DNA of 64,000 bases from Patescibacteria group bacterium (lineage in GTDB: Bacteria > Patescibacteriota > Patescibacteriia > UBA2591 > JAQUPP01). Where the stretch lies: assembly GCA_028716665.1 (NCBI GenBank), contig JAQUPP010000001.1:282860-346859 (forward strand). The letters run 5' to 3'. This document shows, one piece after another, positions 54,044-64,000 of the stretch; within the stretch, counting starts at the first letter, position 1; each line of letters starts with the position of its first letter. Both the position numbers and the translations under genes were made by a program. A model generated the notes under the pieces. The model was not told the DNA's origin and did no database searches. It worked only from the letters and a program-made list of their open reading frames with translations.

Positions 54044-55375
54044 TTAACCTATTAAATTCATTCTAATGGGAGTTCCTTCAAATTGCCAGTGCTTTCTTAT
54101 TTCTTTTTCCAAAATATTTATTTGAGCCGGATTGATTAATTTTCTTTTTAATGTATTGCGCGAAGCTTTTAGATTGAATGTCGGAGGCTTTGCCGAGTTT
54201 TGACTGATTTTGATTTTTTTCCAAATTTTTTGCTCGAATTTTTTATCGCTGATAACTTTTTTGAAAAATTCAGTAAGTTCTTCTTTCTCAATCAAGCGGT
54301 TGGAATTTTTTTCCACTTGCTCAATAAGATTGAAAATTATGTTTACATTTTTTCCCGTTTTGGCCGAGATAAAGACGATCGGCGCAAAGCTGGCTTGAGC
54401 GAAAACTTGCTGGTAATATCTGATAAACTTGTCAAATTTAGCTTCAAAATTGGAAATTTCATCGCATTTGTTAATGACCAAAATCAATCCCTTGCCCGTT
54501 TCCGTGGCCAAGTTTAACAATGATTTGTCTTGGTGGCTGATAATTTCTTTAACATCAAAAACATCAATAATAATATCGGCTTTTTGAGCGGCAAAAATTG
54601 ATTTTTTAACTCCGGTTTGTTCAATCTCTGATTGAATTTTTCTTTTTCTGCGAACACCGGCCGTGTCAACCAAAGTGATGAATTTTTCATTATGGCAAAT
54701 TAAAATATCTTGCGGCTCGCGGGTGGTGTGGGGGATATTGGAAACGATTACCCGTTCTTCTCCGATTAATTTATTTATCAAAGTTGATTTGCCGACATTC
54801 GGTTTGCCGAAAATCGCAACTTTCGTGCTGGACGGCGCGGATGTTTCAAATTTTTCCGGTTGATCGCCGAAAGATTCAAGCGTTTTTATGATTTCATCCA
54901 ATAAATCTCCGGTCCCGATGCCGGTAACGGCCGAAACAGGGTAAGCTTGATTGGTTCCTAATCTTTGCCATTTGAGTTCGTCAAGAAAATTTCTTTTTTT
55001 CAAAGAATCCGCTTTATTGAAAATTACAAAAAACGGTTTTTTGGATTTTTTTATTATCTGGCTTAATTTTAATTCAAAGTGAGAAATTTTTTCATTAACA
55101 TCCAAAACAAAAAGAAGAAGATCCGCTTCTTTAATCGCTACGGAAACTTGTTTTTCAACTTCTCTTTCCAGACTCGACGGTTCTGATTTTTCATTAATCA
55201 ATCCGCCGGTGTCAATCAAAATGAATTTTTTGGTTTGCCAAGAACAGATATCATAATTTCTGTCCCTGGTTGTTCCGGGCATTGACGAAACAAGCGCCTT
55301 TGATTTTGAAATCAGGCGATTAAATAAACTCGATTTTCCGACATTGACTTGACCCACTAAAGCAACTTTATACAT
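54044..55375 (-). CDS. der: Ribosome-biogenesis GTPase Der/EngA (tandem GTPase domains plus KH-like domain)
   Basis: Two P-loops 'GQVNVGKSSLFNRL' and 'GKPNVGKSTLINKL'. Confidence 0.9.
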   Translation of the reverse strand: MYKVALVGQVNVGKSSLFNRLISKSKALVSSMPGTTRDRNYDICSWQTKKFILIDTGGLINEKSEPSSLEREVEKQVSVAIKEADLLLFVLDVNEKISHFELKLSQIIKKSKKPFFVIFNKADSLKKRNFLDELKWQRLGTNQAYPVSAVTGIGTGDLLDEIIKTLESFGDQPEKFETSAPSSTKVAIFGKPNVGKSTLINKLIGEERVIVSNIPHTTREPQDILICHNEKFITLVDTAGVRRKRKIQSEIEQTGVKKSIFAAQKADIIIDVFDVKEIISHQDKSLLNLATETGKGLILVINKCDEISNFEAKFDKFIRYYQQVFAQASFAPIVFISAKTGKNVNIIFNLIEQVEKNSNRLIEKEELTEFFKKVISDKKFEQKIWKKIKISQNSAKPPTFNLKASRNTLKRKLINPAQINILEKEIRKHWQFEGTPIRMNLIG

Positions 55376-55385
55376 AATATTTTTT

Positions 55386-56792
55386 TTATTTTTCCCCCAG
55401 AACAATTAAAAAGTCATAATCATAACTACTGGTAAGAGTTTTTAAATTAGCCGGCATTTCTTGAATAATTTCGGCATTTAAATTTTCTTGAAGCTGGCTG
55501 AGCGCTCCCGGTTGATTGGATTTTTTCGGGAAAATAACGGTTTTTGTCCAATCTTGGGTCGGAGTATTGCCGGTAAAGACAACTTCATAACTGTCGGACA
55601 AAAGCGTATCTCCGATTTCTTTAGCCAAATTATTGATCGTAGTGCCGTTTAAAACAATAATCTTTGGAATGGCAATAATTTCCGGTGTTTCAGGGGTGGT
55701 GTTGGAAACAAATGTTTCCGGATTGAAAATATTTTTAGCCATCGCGGCCAATTCTTTGAAATCTCCGGTTCTTGTTTTTAAAATATAAGCGCCATTTGAA
55801 GCAATTTCATTTTTCAGCGGTCCCTTTGGGTCAATTTCGATTATTTGACTGCTGATATTTCCTTGTTCCACGGCTAAAAGCAATTTGGCCAATTTGACGG
55901 TTTCATTAAAACTTAGATTTGAACTGACGTTATCTTTGAAAAGATTATAAAATCTTAAAATTTTCGCCGGCTGGGACAGTAAATTCAATTTTTCCACTTT
56001 TTGTTTAATGGCGGAAATTATTTTTTGCTGCCGCTTGGAGCGGGCGAAATCAGAACCTTCATTATTTGATCCGTGTCTTGAACGGGCGAATACCAGGGCT
56101 CTGTCGCCATCCATTGTTTGCAAGCCTTTTTCAAATTTTATCACCCGATAGTTGTATCCCGCGCCGGGAAATTGATAATCAACAAAAGTTTTATCAACGT
56201 TCACTTCAACTCCTCCCAATTCGTCAACGATTTTTTTAAAAATATTGAAATCAACTCTTACCCAATAATGAATGGGAATATTGAAGATATTACTCACGAC
56301 TTGCGAAGCCAATTTGCCTCCATTGCCATTTTTCATCCCCAATGAATTGGCAGCATTTATTTTTTGCCAATCATAACCGGGAATCGGCACATATAAATCG
56401 CGGGGGATGGACAAAAGAGACAGTTGTTTTGTTGATGGTTTATAGCTGGCTAAAATCATGGTATCGGTCAAATAAGGTCCGTCATGATTCTCTCCGCCAA
56501 TGCCAAGAATTAAAATGTTAACTCGGTTTGAAAGTTCTCCTTGAAGTATTTGATCTCTGCTGATAATCAGATTGACCGCGTTTTTCCAAAAAGAAATTCG
56601 TCCCATATCGTTTATTAAACTGCTTTGCGAAATAATGGTATTGGTTGAGAATAAAGCAATAATTACTGCCAACACTACCAGTATTCTAAAAATCGGACGA
56701 GACAGTCTGATTTTTTTTGGTTGAATTTTAGCTTGAGGAATATCTTGGTTATCCTCAAGATTTTTAATTAAATCAATTTTATGGCTTGTCAT
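55386..56792 (-). CDS. LytR-CpsA-Psr (LCP) family cell-envelope polymer transferase with C-terminal LytR_C-like domain
   Basis: N-terminal TM; 'DTMILASY', 'LLSIPRDLYV'. Confidence 0.8.
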   Translation of the reverse strand: MTSHKIDLIKNLEDNQDIPQAKIQPKKIRLSRPIFRILVVLAVIIALFSTNTIISQSSLINDMGRISFWKNAVNLIISRDQILQGELSNRVNILILGIGGENHDGPYLTDTMILASYKPSTKQLSLLSIPRDLYVPIPGYDWQKINAANSLGMKNGNGGKLASQVVSNIFNIPIHYWVRVDFNIFKKIVDELGGVEVNVDKTFVDYQFPGAGYNYRVIKFEKGLQTMDGDRALVFARSRHGSNNEGSDFARSKRQQKIISAIKQKVEKLNLLSQPAKILRFYNLFKDNVSSNLSFNETVKLAKLLLAVEQGNISSQIIEIDPKGPLKNEIASNGAYILKTRTGDFKELAAMAKNIFNPETFVSNTTPETPEIIAIPKIIVLNGTTINNLAKEIGDTLLSDSYEVVFTGNTPTQDWTKTVIFPKKSNQPGALSQLQENLNAEIIQEMPANLKTLTSSYDYDFLIVLGEK

Positions 56793-56989
56793 CGAGAGTC
56801 ATTTTTAAACATAATAACAGTAGTAATATTATAGCAAAAAATCAAAATTGAGCAAGGAATATTAAATTTGTAATTCGTAGCAAGAAAACAAAGGACTGTG
56901 GATAACCTGGTTGTTTTAATCGTGGATAAGTTTATAATAAGATTTAAAGAGTCCTATTTTAGTAAAGGTTTTTTAATTTTAAATTATTT

Positions 56990-57475
56990 ATGGAAAAGAA
57001 GAATAAAAAAGGTTTTACCTTAATTGAGTTGTTAGTTGTCGTGGCGATTATGGGTTTAATGGCTGCCTTAGCTATTATTTCTTTAAATCAAGCCAGAGCC
57101 AAAGCTCGAGATGCTCGTCGCGTCGCGGATGTTAAACAAATCCAGACCGCGTTAGAATTGTATTATATGGATAAAGATAAATATCCAGATGCTCCTGCTC
57201 CTACTGTTTTGGATGGAAGTAAATGTTTAGGTAACGGTGGTTTTGCCGCACAAGGTTCTTGCACCGCTCCTATTTATATGGGTTTAATCCCGACAAATCC
57301 TGCTCCGATGAATGATGGCTCTTGCTCTACTCCTAACTCAAGTTATACTTACGCGATTGATGGTGGCGCTACTAACACAAGTTATCATATCCGATGGTGT
57401 CTTGGTGCCAAAACTGGCGAATTAGGCGCTGGAATTCATCATGCTACTCCGGCCGGTTTAGTCGATGGTTTATAA
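56990..57475 (+). CDS. Type IV pilin (major-pilin-like), canonical 'KKG|FTLIELLVVVAI'
   Basis: Short positively charged leader, G-F cleavage site, Glu+5, 'ALELYY' region. Confidence 0.85.
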   Translation: MEKKNKKGFTLIELLVVVAIMGLMAALAIISLNQARAKARDARRVADVKQIQTALELYYMDKDKYPDAPAPTVLDGSKCLGNGGFAAQGSCTAPIYMGLIPTNPAPMNDGSCSTPNSSYTYAIDGGATNTSYHIRWCLGAKTGELGAGIHHATPAGLVDGL

Positions 57476-57500
57476 TCTAGAACAGATTTAAATTTCTCTC

Positions 57501-57977
57501 ATGAAAAAAAGCGGATTTGGTTTTTTGAAAGTATTCATTGTTATTATTATTATAATCGGTTTAACTGTTGTTATTGTTAAAGCGATTATTGGCGGAGAAA
57601 TGGGGCTTAGAGATGCGGAACGCCTTTCCGATATTAGACGACTCAGAAATGCTTTACAACTTTATTATTTAGATCAAGGAATATATCCAATTAATAATAT
57701 TCCGCAAGGTTTAGGTGGAAAATGTTTAGACAATAGTCCGCAAGGTTTTAATGAATCTTGCGGACAAGTTGTTTATATGGAAATAGTTCCAACTGCTCCA
57801 TTTCCAAGAACAGAGGGAGTATGCGGCCAAGAAAATAATTCTTACGATCAAGACTATACTTATTTTGCCAAATTCGATGGCTCAAGTTACGCAATCAGAT
57901 ATTGTTTGGCAAAGAAAGTGGCTAATATGAAAGCCGGTTTGCACTGGGCAACTTCCAAAAATATCGCTGATCCGTAA
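57501..57977 (+). CDS. Pilin-like paralogue with a non-canonical N-terminus
   Basis: Hydrophobic N-terminal helix; C-terminal fold motifs shared with the 56990 gene ('RLRNALQLYY', 'IRYCLA'). Confidence 0.55.
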   Translation: MKKSGFGFLKVFIVIIIIIGLTVVIVKAIIGGEMGLRDAERLSDIRRLRNALQLYYLDQGIYPINNIPQGLGGKCLDNSPQGFNESCGQVVYMEIVPTAPFPRTEGVCGQENNSYDQDYTYFAKFDGSSYAIRYCLAKKVANMKAGLHWATSKNIADP

Positions 57978-57999
57978 TTGTCCGTTAATTTGCGCGAAT

Positions 58000-59394
58000 A
58001 TGGTTATTAATTTCAAGAATTTATCAAAGACGTTAGATAAAATTATAGAAGCCGGCTGGCTTCTAATTTTTGGTTTAAGCCCGATATTTTTTTGTCCTTG
58101 GGTTTACGGCACTTGGCAAGTCGGAGAATATTTTTTATTTCAAGTTTTAACGGAAATTATTTTATTTGTCTGGCTGATAAGAATCATTATTCAGCCCAAG
58201 TCTGATTTGCCTTGGATGGAAATATATAAGAAATACTGGCAAAAAATTAAATTTATTTTGCCGGCGATTATTTTTATCATTATTCTCGGTCTGGCGACAA
58301 TTTTTTCCAGATCTCCTTACCATAGTTTTTGGGGTTATTATCAACGTAAAATGGGGTATATCAGCTGGCTTCATTTTTTTGCTTTTTTTTCGATTTTATT
58401 TTTTAATCTTAAAAATAAAAAACAGATCGACAGAATTTTTTATGTCATTATTGGCGCTCTAACCGCCGTGGTTATTTACGGTTTTTTGCAAATTTTGGGA
58501 TTTGATCCGTTTTATTGGAGTGAGTCGCCATTTTTCAGTTACAGAATTTTTTCCACATTAGGACAACCCAATTTTTTAGCTTCTTGGCTTTTATTGGTGA
58601 TGCCGATAATTTTTTGGGCATTATTGAAAGCCAAAGAACATTTATCAAACAATAATCTTTTTGATAGAATTTTTAAAAGACCCCTGATTGCTTGTTTGCT
58701 ATTCGGATCTGTTATTATTTTAGTTTTAACTCAAAGTCGCGGAGGATGGATTGGTTTTTTTATTGCTTTTTTCTTTTTCAGTATTATTTGGGCTTATTTT
58801 CAAAAACAAAAACGTTTATCATTGATTTTATTGATTTTATTGGCAGTAATTATTTTATTTGTTATTTATTTGAATTTTAATCCCGTCACTCCGCGAGAGA
58901 GCGATTCTTTTTTAATCTCTCGTTTGAAAACTCTGACTAATTTTTCCGAGACCGGCCAGCTTAGGTTAATTTGGTGGAAAATAAGTTTGGGTCTGATCGA
59001 GAAAGCGCCGATTTTAGGATATGGACCGGAAATTCAAAGATTTCTTTTTATTCCTTATTATCAGCCTGATTTTGCGGTTTTGGAAGCGATTAACAGTTAT
59101 CCGGATCGGGCGCATAATGACATTTTGGACACGCTTTTAATCTCAGGTTTTTTGGGCTTAATCAGTTATTTGTTCTTGATTGGCAGCGCTTTTTATTTTG
59201 GGTTAAGAAAAATAAATCAATTAATCAAACAACCGGTTAACCGGGCCGCCATATTAGTTCTGCTTACGGGCCTAATCGGTTATTTTGTTTCTTTGCAGTT
59301 TTCTTTCCATGTCATTCCAACGGCTGTTTATTTTTGGGGTTACCTGGCGATTGTATTGAAATCGTATTTATTAACGGAAGAAAAAGATGAATAA
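58000..59394 (+). CDS. O-antigen-ligase (Wzy_C) domain membrane protein; candidate pilin O-oligosaccharyltransferase (PglL/TfpO-like)
   Basis: About 12 TM helices; Wzy_C-like 'RAHNDILDTLLISGFLGL'; immediately downstream of pilin genes. Confidence 0.55.
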   Translation: MVINFKNLSKTLDKIIEAGWLLIFGLSPIFFCPWVYGTWQVGEYFLFQVLTEIILFVWLIRIIIQPKSDLPWMEIYKKYWQKIKFILPAIIFIIILGLATIFSRSPYHSFWGYYQRKMGYISWLHFFAFFSILFFNLKNKKQIDRIFYVIIGALTAVVIYGFLQILGFDPFYWSESPFFSYRIFSTLGQPNFLASWLLLVMPIIFWALLKAKEHLSNNNLFDRIFKRPLIACLLFGSVIILVLTQSRGGWIGFFIAFFFFSIIWAYFQKQKRLSLILLILLAVIILFVIYLNFNPVTPRESDSFLISRLKTLTNFSETGQLRLIWWKISLGLIEKAPILGYGPEIQRFLFIPYYQPDFAVLEAINSYPDRAHNDILDTLLISGFLGLISYLFLIGSAFYFGLRKINQLIKQPVNRAAILVLLTGLIGYFVSLQFSFHVIPTAVYFWGYLAIVLKSYLLTEEKDE

Positions 59395-59396
59395 CT

Positions 59397-60338
59397 ATGA
59401 GAATTAATAAAATTATTTTAATAGCAGTAATAATTATTTTATTCGGCTCAAGCCTGTGGTTTTTTAATGTTAAAATTTTACTGGCTGATCATTATTTAAA
59501 AGAAGCAATTGCTTATCGTAAGGGGAACAGCTGGCCGGTTTCTTTATTAAATTATGAGAAAGTTTTATTATATCAACCCAAAGAACCGTATTATCAGCAA
59601 TTTTGGGCAATGAATTTATTAAGCGGGTTGGATTTTTATAAAAGCACTGATTCAAAAATTAAAATTCTCGACTTGGCCATTGACCAGATGAAAAAAATTC
59701 CTGAGAGAGACCAGGTTTTTGAGGTTAAAACGTATTTGGCCAGAATATATGGTCAAAAAGCGAAATTAACTAAGAATCAAAATGATTTTTTATTGGCCGA
59801 AAATACCCTTGAACAAGCGGCGGAAATGTCGCCCAAAATGGCGGCAATTTACAATGATTGGTGCCAGGTAAAAATTTATCAGGAAAATTGGTCTCAAGCT
59901 TTGAAAATGTGCGAAAAATCACTTTCTTTATATCCTGATTTGAATAATCCTCAAATGAATGATCTTCATCGCGAGATGGTGAAGTCTGAATTATCCACTC
60001 TCTATGATAAATTCGGCCAAATTTATTTTAATTTAAAAGATTATAAAAAATCAGAAGAAGCGTATAGTCAGGTTCTAGAACTTATGCCTTTGGGTCGGAT
60101 TGATGTTTGGAAAAAGATCGCCGACATTTATTATATTCGAGGCGATTTGGATACGGCTATTCAAAAAAATATGCACGGTTATGATTTAAATCTTGAAGAT
60201 CCGACATGGCCATTGGCGATCGGTGTGCTTTATAAAGAAAAAGGTAATTTAGAAATGGCTCGCAAATATGGACAAGAAGCTTTGAAATTAGTGCCGGAAG
60301 ATCCTCAAATTAAAGAATTTTTAGAAAAATTAAAATAA
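59397..60338 (+). CDS. TPR-repeat protein with N-terminal TM anchor
   Basis: Repeated 34-aa helical hairpins with an 'A..Y......G....A' pattern. Confidence 0.55.
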   Translation: MRINKIILIAVIIILFGSSLWFFNVKILLADHYLKEAIAYRKGNSWPVSLLNYEKVLLYQPKEPYYQQFWAMNLLSGLDFYKSTDSKIKILDLAIDQMKKIPERDQVFEVKTYLARIYGQKAKLTKNQNDFLLAENTLEQAAEMSPKMAAIYNDWCQVKIYQENWSQALKMCEKSLSLYPDLNNPQMNDLHREMVKSELSTLYDKFGQIYFNLKDYKKSEEAYSQVLELMPLGRIDVWKKIADIYYIRGDLDTAIQKNMHGYDLNLEDPTWPLAIGVLYKEKGNLEMARKYGQEALKLVPEDPQIKEFLEKLK

Positions 60339-60355
60339 GTATAAATTATTAAATA

Positions 60356-61288
60356 ATGTTTATGAATTTATTTGGAATTAAAAAAAAGATTAAAAATATA
60401 CTCCCGGAAAATTGTTTTCGTCAATTTAAATATTTCTATCGCAGATATGTTGTTCGGCGGAAAAGCGCGGTTTTTTATCTTTCTTATCAATGTAATTACA
60501 AATGTCCTTACTGTATTATCAGTCGCGCCGGCTATTCGGATATATATCCGAAGAAATGTGAACATTCTTGGAGCGAGTGGGTGGATATTTTTAAAAAATT
60601 GCCGCCATTGATTATTAGTTTGAGCGGCGGAGAGCCATTTCTTAATCTGGGCATCATTGATTTGATCAATAATTTACCCTCCAAACATATTGTCAATATT
60701 ACCACCAATTTATCTCTGCCGGTTGATGAATTTATTAATAGGGTTTCTAGAAAAATACAGATAACGGCAAGTCTTCATCTTTATGAAGCAGACGTGGAAA
60801 TTTTTAAAGAGAGGGTATTGAAATTAAAAAAAGCGAATTTTAGCGTATTCATTAATTTTGTCGGTTATCCTCAAAAGATTTCTCTCATACCGGAATTAAA
60901 ATTATTTTTTGAAAAACACGGAGTCCATTTTAATGTTGATCCGTATATTGACCCCGCTTATAAATATTCATCTCAAGAAATTGAATTAATAAAGAAATAT
61001 GCTAAAAAATTTCGCAAAATGGGTTTTAAAGATAATACGGGTCCTCAAAAATGTTATGCCGGTTCAATGCATTTTATAATTTTGCCCAACGGTGATTGTT
61101 ACGCTTGTCAATCCGGATTTTATTACAATACGTCAAAATTATATAAACATTTTGACGTCAGCAAGGATTTTTGTTTAGGCAATCTTTTTTCGGGTACATT
61201 CAAATTTTGGAACAAACCCGTCATTTGCTCTTTGCCTTGCAATGAAGCCTGCGACATAGAATCTGCTTTTGTTCGCCGTTTGAATTAG
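60356..61288 (+). CDS. Radical SAM protein with C-terminal Cys-rich SPASM/twitch-like domain
   Basis: 'CNYKCPYC' CxxxCxxC; C-terminal 'CYACQSG', 'CSLPCNEAC'. Confidence 0.65.
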   Translation: MFMNLFGIKKKIKNILPENCFRQFKYFYRRYVVRRKSAVFYLSYQCNYKCPYCIISRAGYSDIYPKKCEHSWSEWVDIFKKLPPLIISLSGGEPFLNLGIIDLINNLPSKHIVNITTNLSLPVDEFINRVSRKIQITASLHLYEADVEIFKERVLKLKKANFSVFINFVGYPQKISLIPELKLFFEKHGVHFNVDPYIDPAYKYSSQEIELIKKYAKKFRKMGFKDNTGPQKCYAGSMHFIILPNGDCYACQSGFYYNTSKLYKHFDVSKDFCLGNLFSGTFKFWNKPVICSLPCNEACDIESAFVRRLN

Positions 61289-61314
61289 TTAATTTTTATT
61301 TTTTCGAAAAAACA

Positions 61315-62766
61315 ATGGCTAAAATAATACTTATTGATCCCCAAGGTTGGCAGGGAGCGGTCAATAAACAAATAGCATATCCTAATATAGGAATTGCTTA
61401 TCTTGCTTCGGCGTTGCAAAAAAACGGTCATAATCCGTCAATTATTGATTTAAATAATAAAGATCTTGATTATCAACAGGTATTTAAGATTATAGAAGAC
61501 GGAGCGGCTGATCTTGTCGGATTCTCGGTAAAAACAGCCACCATGAAAAACGCAGAATTATTGGCCAAAGAAATAAAAAAGAAATGGCCGAAATTGCCTT
61601 TAATGGTCGGCGGTTCTCACGCAACCTTGTGTTGGCAAGAATTAATACAAAAAGATATTTTTGATATAGTTTTTGTCGGCGAAGGAGAACAAGTAATTCC
61701 GGTTGTCTGTCAATATTTGGACGAACAAAAACCAATTGAAGATTTGCCAGGAGTGATTACGAAAAAAAATTTTCAAAATAAATTAAATTCAGTTCCGCCT
61801 CTGATTGAAAATTTAGATGAACTTGCTTTTCCGGACTACGATTTTTTTCCAAAAAATATCCAAGAATTTATTCGTTCTGCTTATCCGTTATTAACCAGTC
61901 GGGGATGTGTCTACAATTGTATCTATTGCAGTGTCCCCTTAATCAGCGGAAGAATTTTCAGGAAAAGATCGCCCCAAAACGTTATTGAAGAGTTAAAATG
62001 GGCGATTGATAAATATAATATTAAAGGATTTGAGATTATTGATGATAATTTTAATTTTGACGTTGACCGAACTAAAGAAATTTGCCGGTTATTGATTCAA
62101 AACGATTTTAAATTTAAATGGTCTTGCCCAAATGGCGTGAGAGCGGATCGCGTTGATAAAGAATTGGCCGATCTGATGTTTAAATCAGGTTGTTACAGCG
62201 TTAATGTCGGCATAGAGAGCGGCGACCCAAAGGTTTTTACTAATATTAAAAAAGGAGAAACTTTAGATCAGATTAAAAAGGGAATTGAAATTTTCAAACA
62301 AGCCGGTTTACTTGTTACGGGATTTTTTATAATCGGCTTACCTGACGATTCAATCGAGTCTCAGAAAAAATCCATAGATTTTGCCCACCAACTCGGCATA
62401 GATGCTTTTTTCAGCATGTTGGTTCCTTATCCCAAAACAGAAGTTTGGAATTGGGCGCATAGAAATAATTTTTTTATCGGCAATCCGCAAGACGCGCTTC
62501 ATTTTGCCGACAGTAAAGATAAAGTCAATATTATTTTTGAAACAAAAGATTTTTCCAAAGAAGACAAAGCATTGGTTTATGAAATGGTAAATACCAAATT
62601 CGGACGCTTTGGCGTGTTGATTCCCAAAAACACGCCTTTTCTGCAATATTTAAAACAAGCCTGTTTATTGACTTGGAAATACAACAGATTGAATTTAAGA
62701 GATCAATATTTTTTATTTAAAAATATAATCAACAAATTAAGGCGTAAATTTAAAATTCATTTTTAG
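61315..62766 (+). CDS. B12-binding-domain radical SAM protein (class B)
   Basis: N-terminal cobalamin-binding Rossmann-like domain; 'TSRGCVYNCIYCSVP' cluster. Confidence 0.75.
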   Translation: MAKIILIDPQGWQGAVNKQIAYPNIGIAYLASALQKNGHNPSIIDLNNKDLDYQQVFKIIEDGAADLVGFSVKTATMKNAELLAKEIKKKWPKLPLMVGGSHATLCWQELIQKDIFDIVFVGEGEQVIPVVCQYLDEQKPIEDLPGVITKKNFQNKLNSVPPLIENLDELAFPDYDFFPKNIQEFIRSAYPLLTSRGCVYNCIYCSVPLISGRIFRKRSPQNVIEELKWAIDKYNIKGFEIIDDNFNFDVDRTKEICRLLIQNDFKFKWSCPNGVRADRVDKELADLMFKSGCYSVNVGIESGDPKVFTNIKKGETLDQIKKGIEIFKQAGLLVTGFFIIGLPDDSIESQKKSIDFAHQLGIDAFFSMLVPYPKTEVWNWAHRNNFFIGNPQDALHFADSKDKVNIIFETKDFSKEDKALVYEMVNTKFGRFGVLIPKNTPFLQYLKQACLLTWKYNRLNLRDQYFLFKNIINKLRRKFKIHF

Positions 62767-62824
62767 CATGTTATGACTCCGATAATGCCGTAAATTGCTC
62801 ACAAATTTTAATTATTTATTGATT

Positions 62825-63919
62825 ATGAAAATTGCCATTGATGCCCGACCGTTAACGGCAGGGGAACCGGTCGGCAAAGAAAAATTTACTATTAATGTTT
62901 TGGAGGAGTTATTTAGATTGGATAAATCTAACCAATATATTCTTTATTTAAATCAAGAATATAAGAAGCCCTTGCCGACTAATTTTTCTCCGCGAATAAT
63001 TAAAGTGCCGGATATTTTTTGGCACTTTTTTGTGTTAATTGATTTAATTTTTAAAAAGCCGAATTTATTTTTCGCGCCAATAAGCTATATTATTCCCGCT
63101 CTGAATTTCTTCGGCAAAAATATTATCGTTATTTATGATTTGTGCGTTTTTTTGCCGTTTCAGACCGGTTCGAGTTTTAAAACTAAGTTTATTGAAAAAA
63201 TGTTTTTGCGGTTTGCTATGCGAAATGCAAAAAAAATTATAACTATTTCAGAGAGCACAAAAAAAGATATTATAAAATATTTTCCGATTGCGCCGGAAAA
63301 TATATCGGTGATTTATCCGGCCGTTGCCGATAGTTTCAGGTTTATCGATGACCGTCAAAAACGTAAATCTGTCTTGGATAAATTCAGTTTGCCGGAAAAA
63401 TTTATCCTTTTTGTCGGAACATTGGAGCCGAGAAAAAATTTAGTAAGATTAATTTCAGCTTATCATAAATTGACAGATGGTTGCCCGTTGGTGATTGTCG
63501 GCAAAAAGGGATGGGATTATCAAGAGATATTTGACAAAATCAAAGAGCTGAATTTGGGGGAGAAGGTTATTTTCTTAAATTATGTTTCCAATGAAGATTT
63601 GCCATATCTATATAATGGCGCCGTTTGCTTCGTCTATCCCTCGCTTTATGAGGGTTTTGGGCTGCCGATTTTAGAAGCAATGGCTTGCGGAACACCCACT
63701 GTCACCTCGAATATATCATCCTTGCCTGAAGCAGCCGGTGAAGCGGCAATTTTGGTTGATCCTTGCAATATAGACGATATAACAAGGGATTTGAGTAAAA
63801 TTTTGACTGATGAAAATTTGCGTCAAGATTTACGAGAAAAAGGCCTTAAACAAGCTCAAAAATTTTCTTGGCAAAAAACTGCTCAAGAAGTTTTGAAAGC
63901 ACTTCAAGATATTAAATAA
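62825..63919 (+). CDS. Family-4 glycosyltransferase
   Basis: 'EGFGLPILEAMACGTPTVTSNISSLPE' GT4 signature. Confidence 0.85.
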   Translation: MKIAIDARPLTAGEPVGKEKFTINVLEELFRLDKSNQYILYLNQEYKKPLPTNFSPRIIKVPDIFWHFFVLIDLIFKKPNLFFAPISYIIPALNFFGKNIIVIYDLCVFLPFQTGSSFKTKFIEKMFLRFAMRNAKKIITISESTKKDIIKYFPIAPENISVIYPAVADSFRFIDDRQKRKSVLDKFSLPEKFILFVGTLEPRKNLVRLISAYHKLTDGCPLVIVGKKGWDYQEIFDKIKELNLGEKVIFLNYVSNEDLPYLYNGAVCFVYPSLYEGFGLPILEAMACGTPTVTSNISSLPEAAGEAAILVDPCNIDDITRDLSKILTDENLRQDLREKGLKQAQKFSWQKTAQEVLKALQDIK

Positions 63920-64000
63920 TCCCTTTATTTTTGGTAAAAACATTACGGATTTTTAGGGTCAACCCTAATGCGTCTCATCCGTTGGCTGTATAAAATTTTT

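Overview
This window is AT-rich and carries many bacterial housekeeping genes: dnaB (3' part), recR, tpiA, a tRNA-Thr/Tyr/Thr plus rpmG plus tRNA-Trp cluster, an archaeal-type pyrH, dnaJ, rsmI, metG, nrdDG, an htrA-like protease, prfB with its programmed +1 frameshift, glmS, comEC, pth, der and an LCP-family gene. Several traits suggest a small-genome Patescibacteria/CPR-like organism: short or absent Shine-Dalgarno sequences on most genes, tRNAs without encoded CCA, and many type IV pilin genes alongside a FemAB-like gene and giant surface proteins. That assignment is inference only. The outstanding region is a surface-appendage locus at about 30.7-51.3 kb. It holds prepilin peptidase pilD and four pilin-like genes with unusual leaders, one of them fused in-frame to a four-helix-bundle (PF05635, '23S rRNA IVS', Avd-like) protein. 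Downstream are three giant Gly-rich 'GNVGIGTT' repeat proteins that resemble phage tail fibres; one ends in a peptidase-S74 intramolecular-chaperone domain. Two paralogous membrane-anchored azurin-like cupredoxins and two further PF05635 genes (one frameshifted) complete a twice-repeated module: four-helix-bundle protein, giant fibre, cupredoxin. Four other features stand out. A dispersed AAATTCY heptanucleotide repeat family sits in-frame inside femAB, GT2, pth and pilin genes and next to a CCGCCAGCTGGCGG palindrome in pilin leaders. A roughly 50-bp double-hairpin repeat is inserted in-frame in pth and also in the tRNA cluster, where a tRNA-Gly would be expected. A family of near-identical strong promoters includes a divergent pair and one copy driving a ~280-nt structured non-coding region. 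Two secreted proteins, a clostripain-like C11 peptidase and an unknown, carry Bacteroidota-type T9SS C-terminal sorting domains. A second pilin pair sits with O-antigen-ligase-like, TPR, radical-SAM/SPASM, B12-radical-SAM and GT4 genes at the 3' end. No CRISPR array, integrase or transposase was seen.
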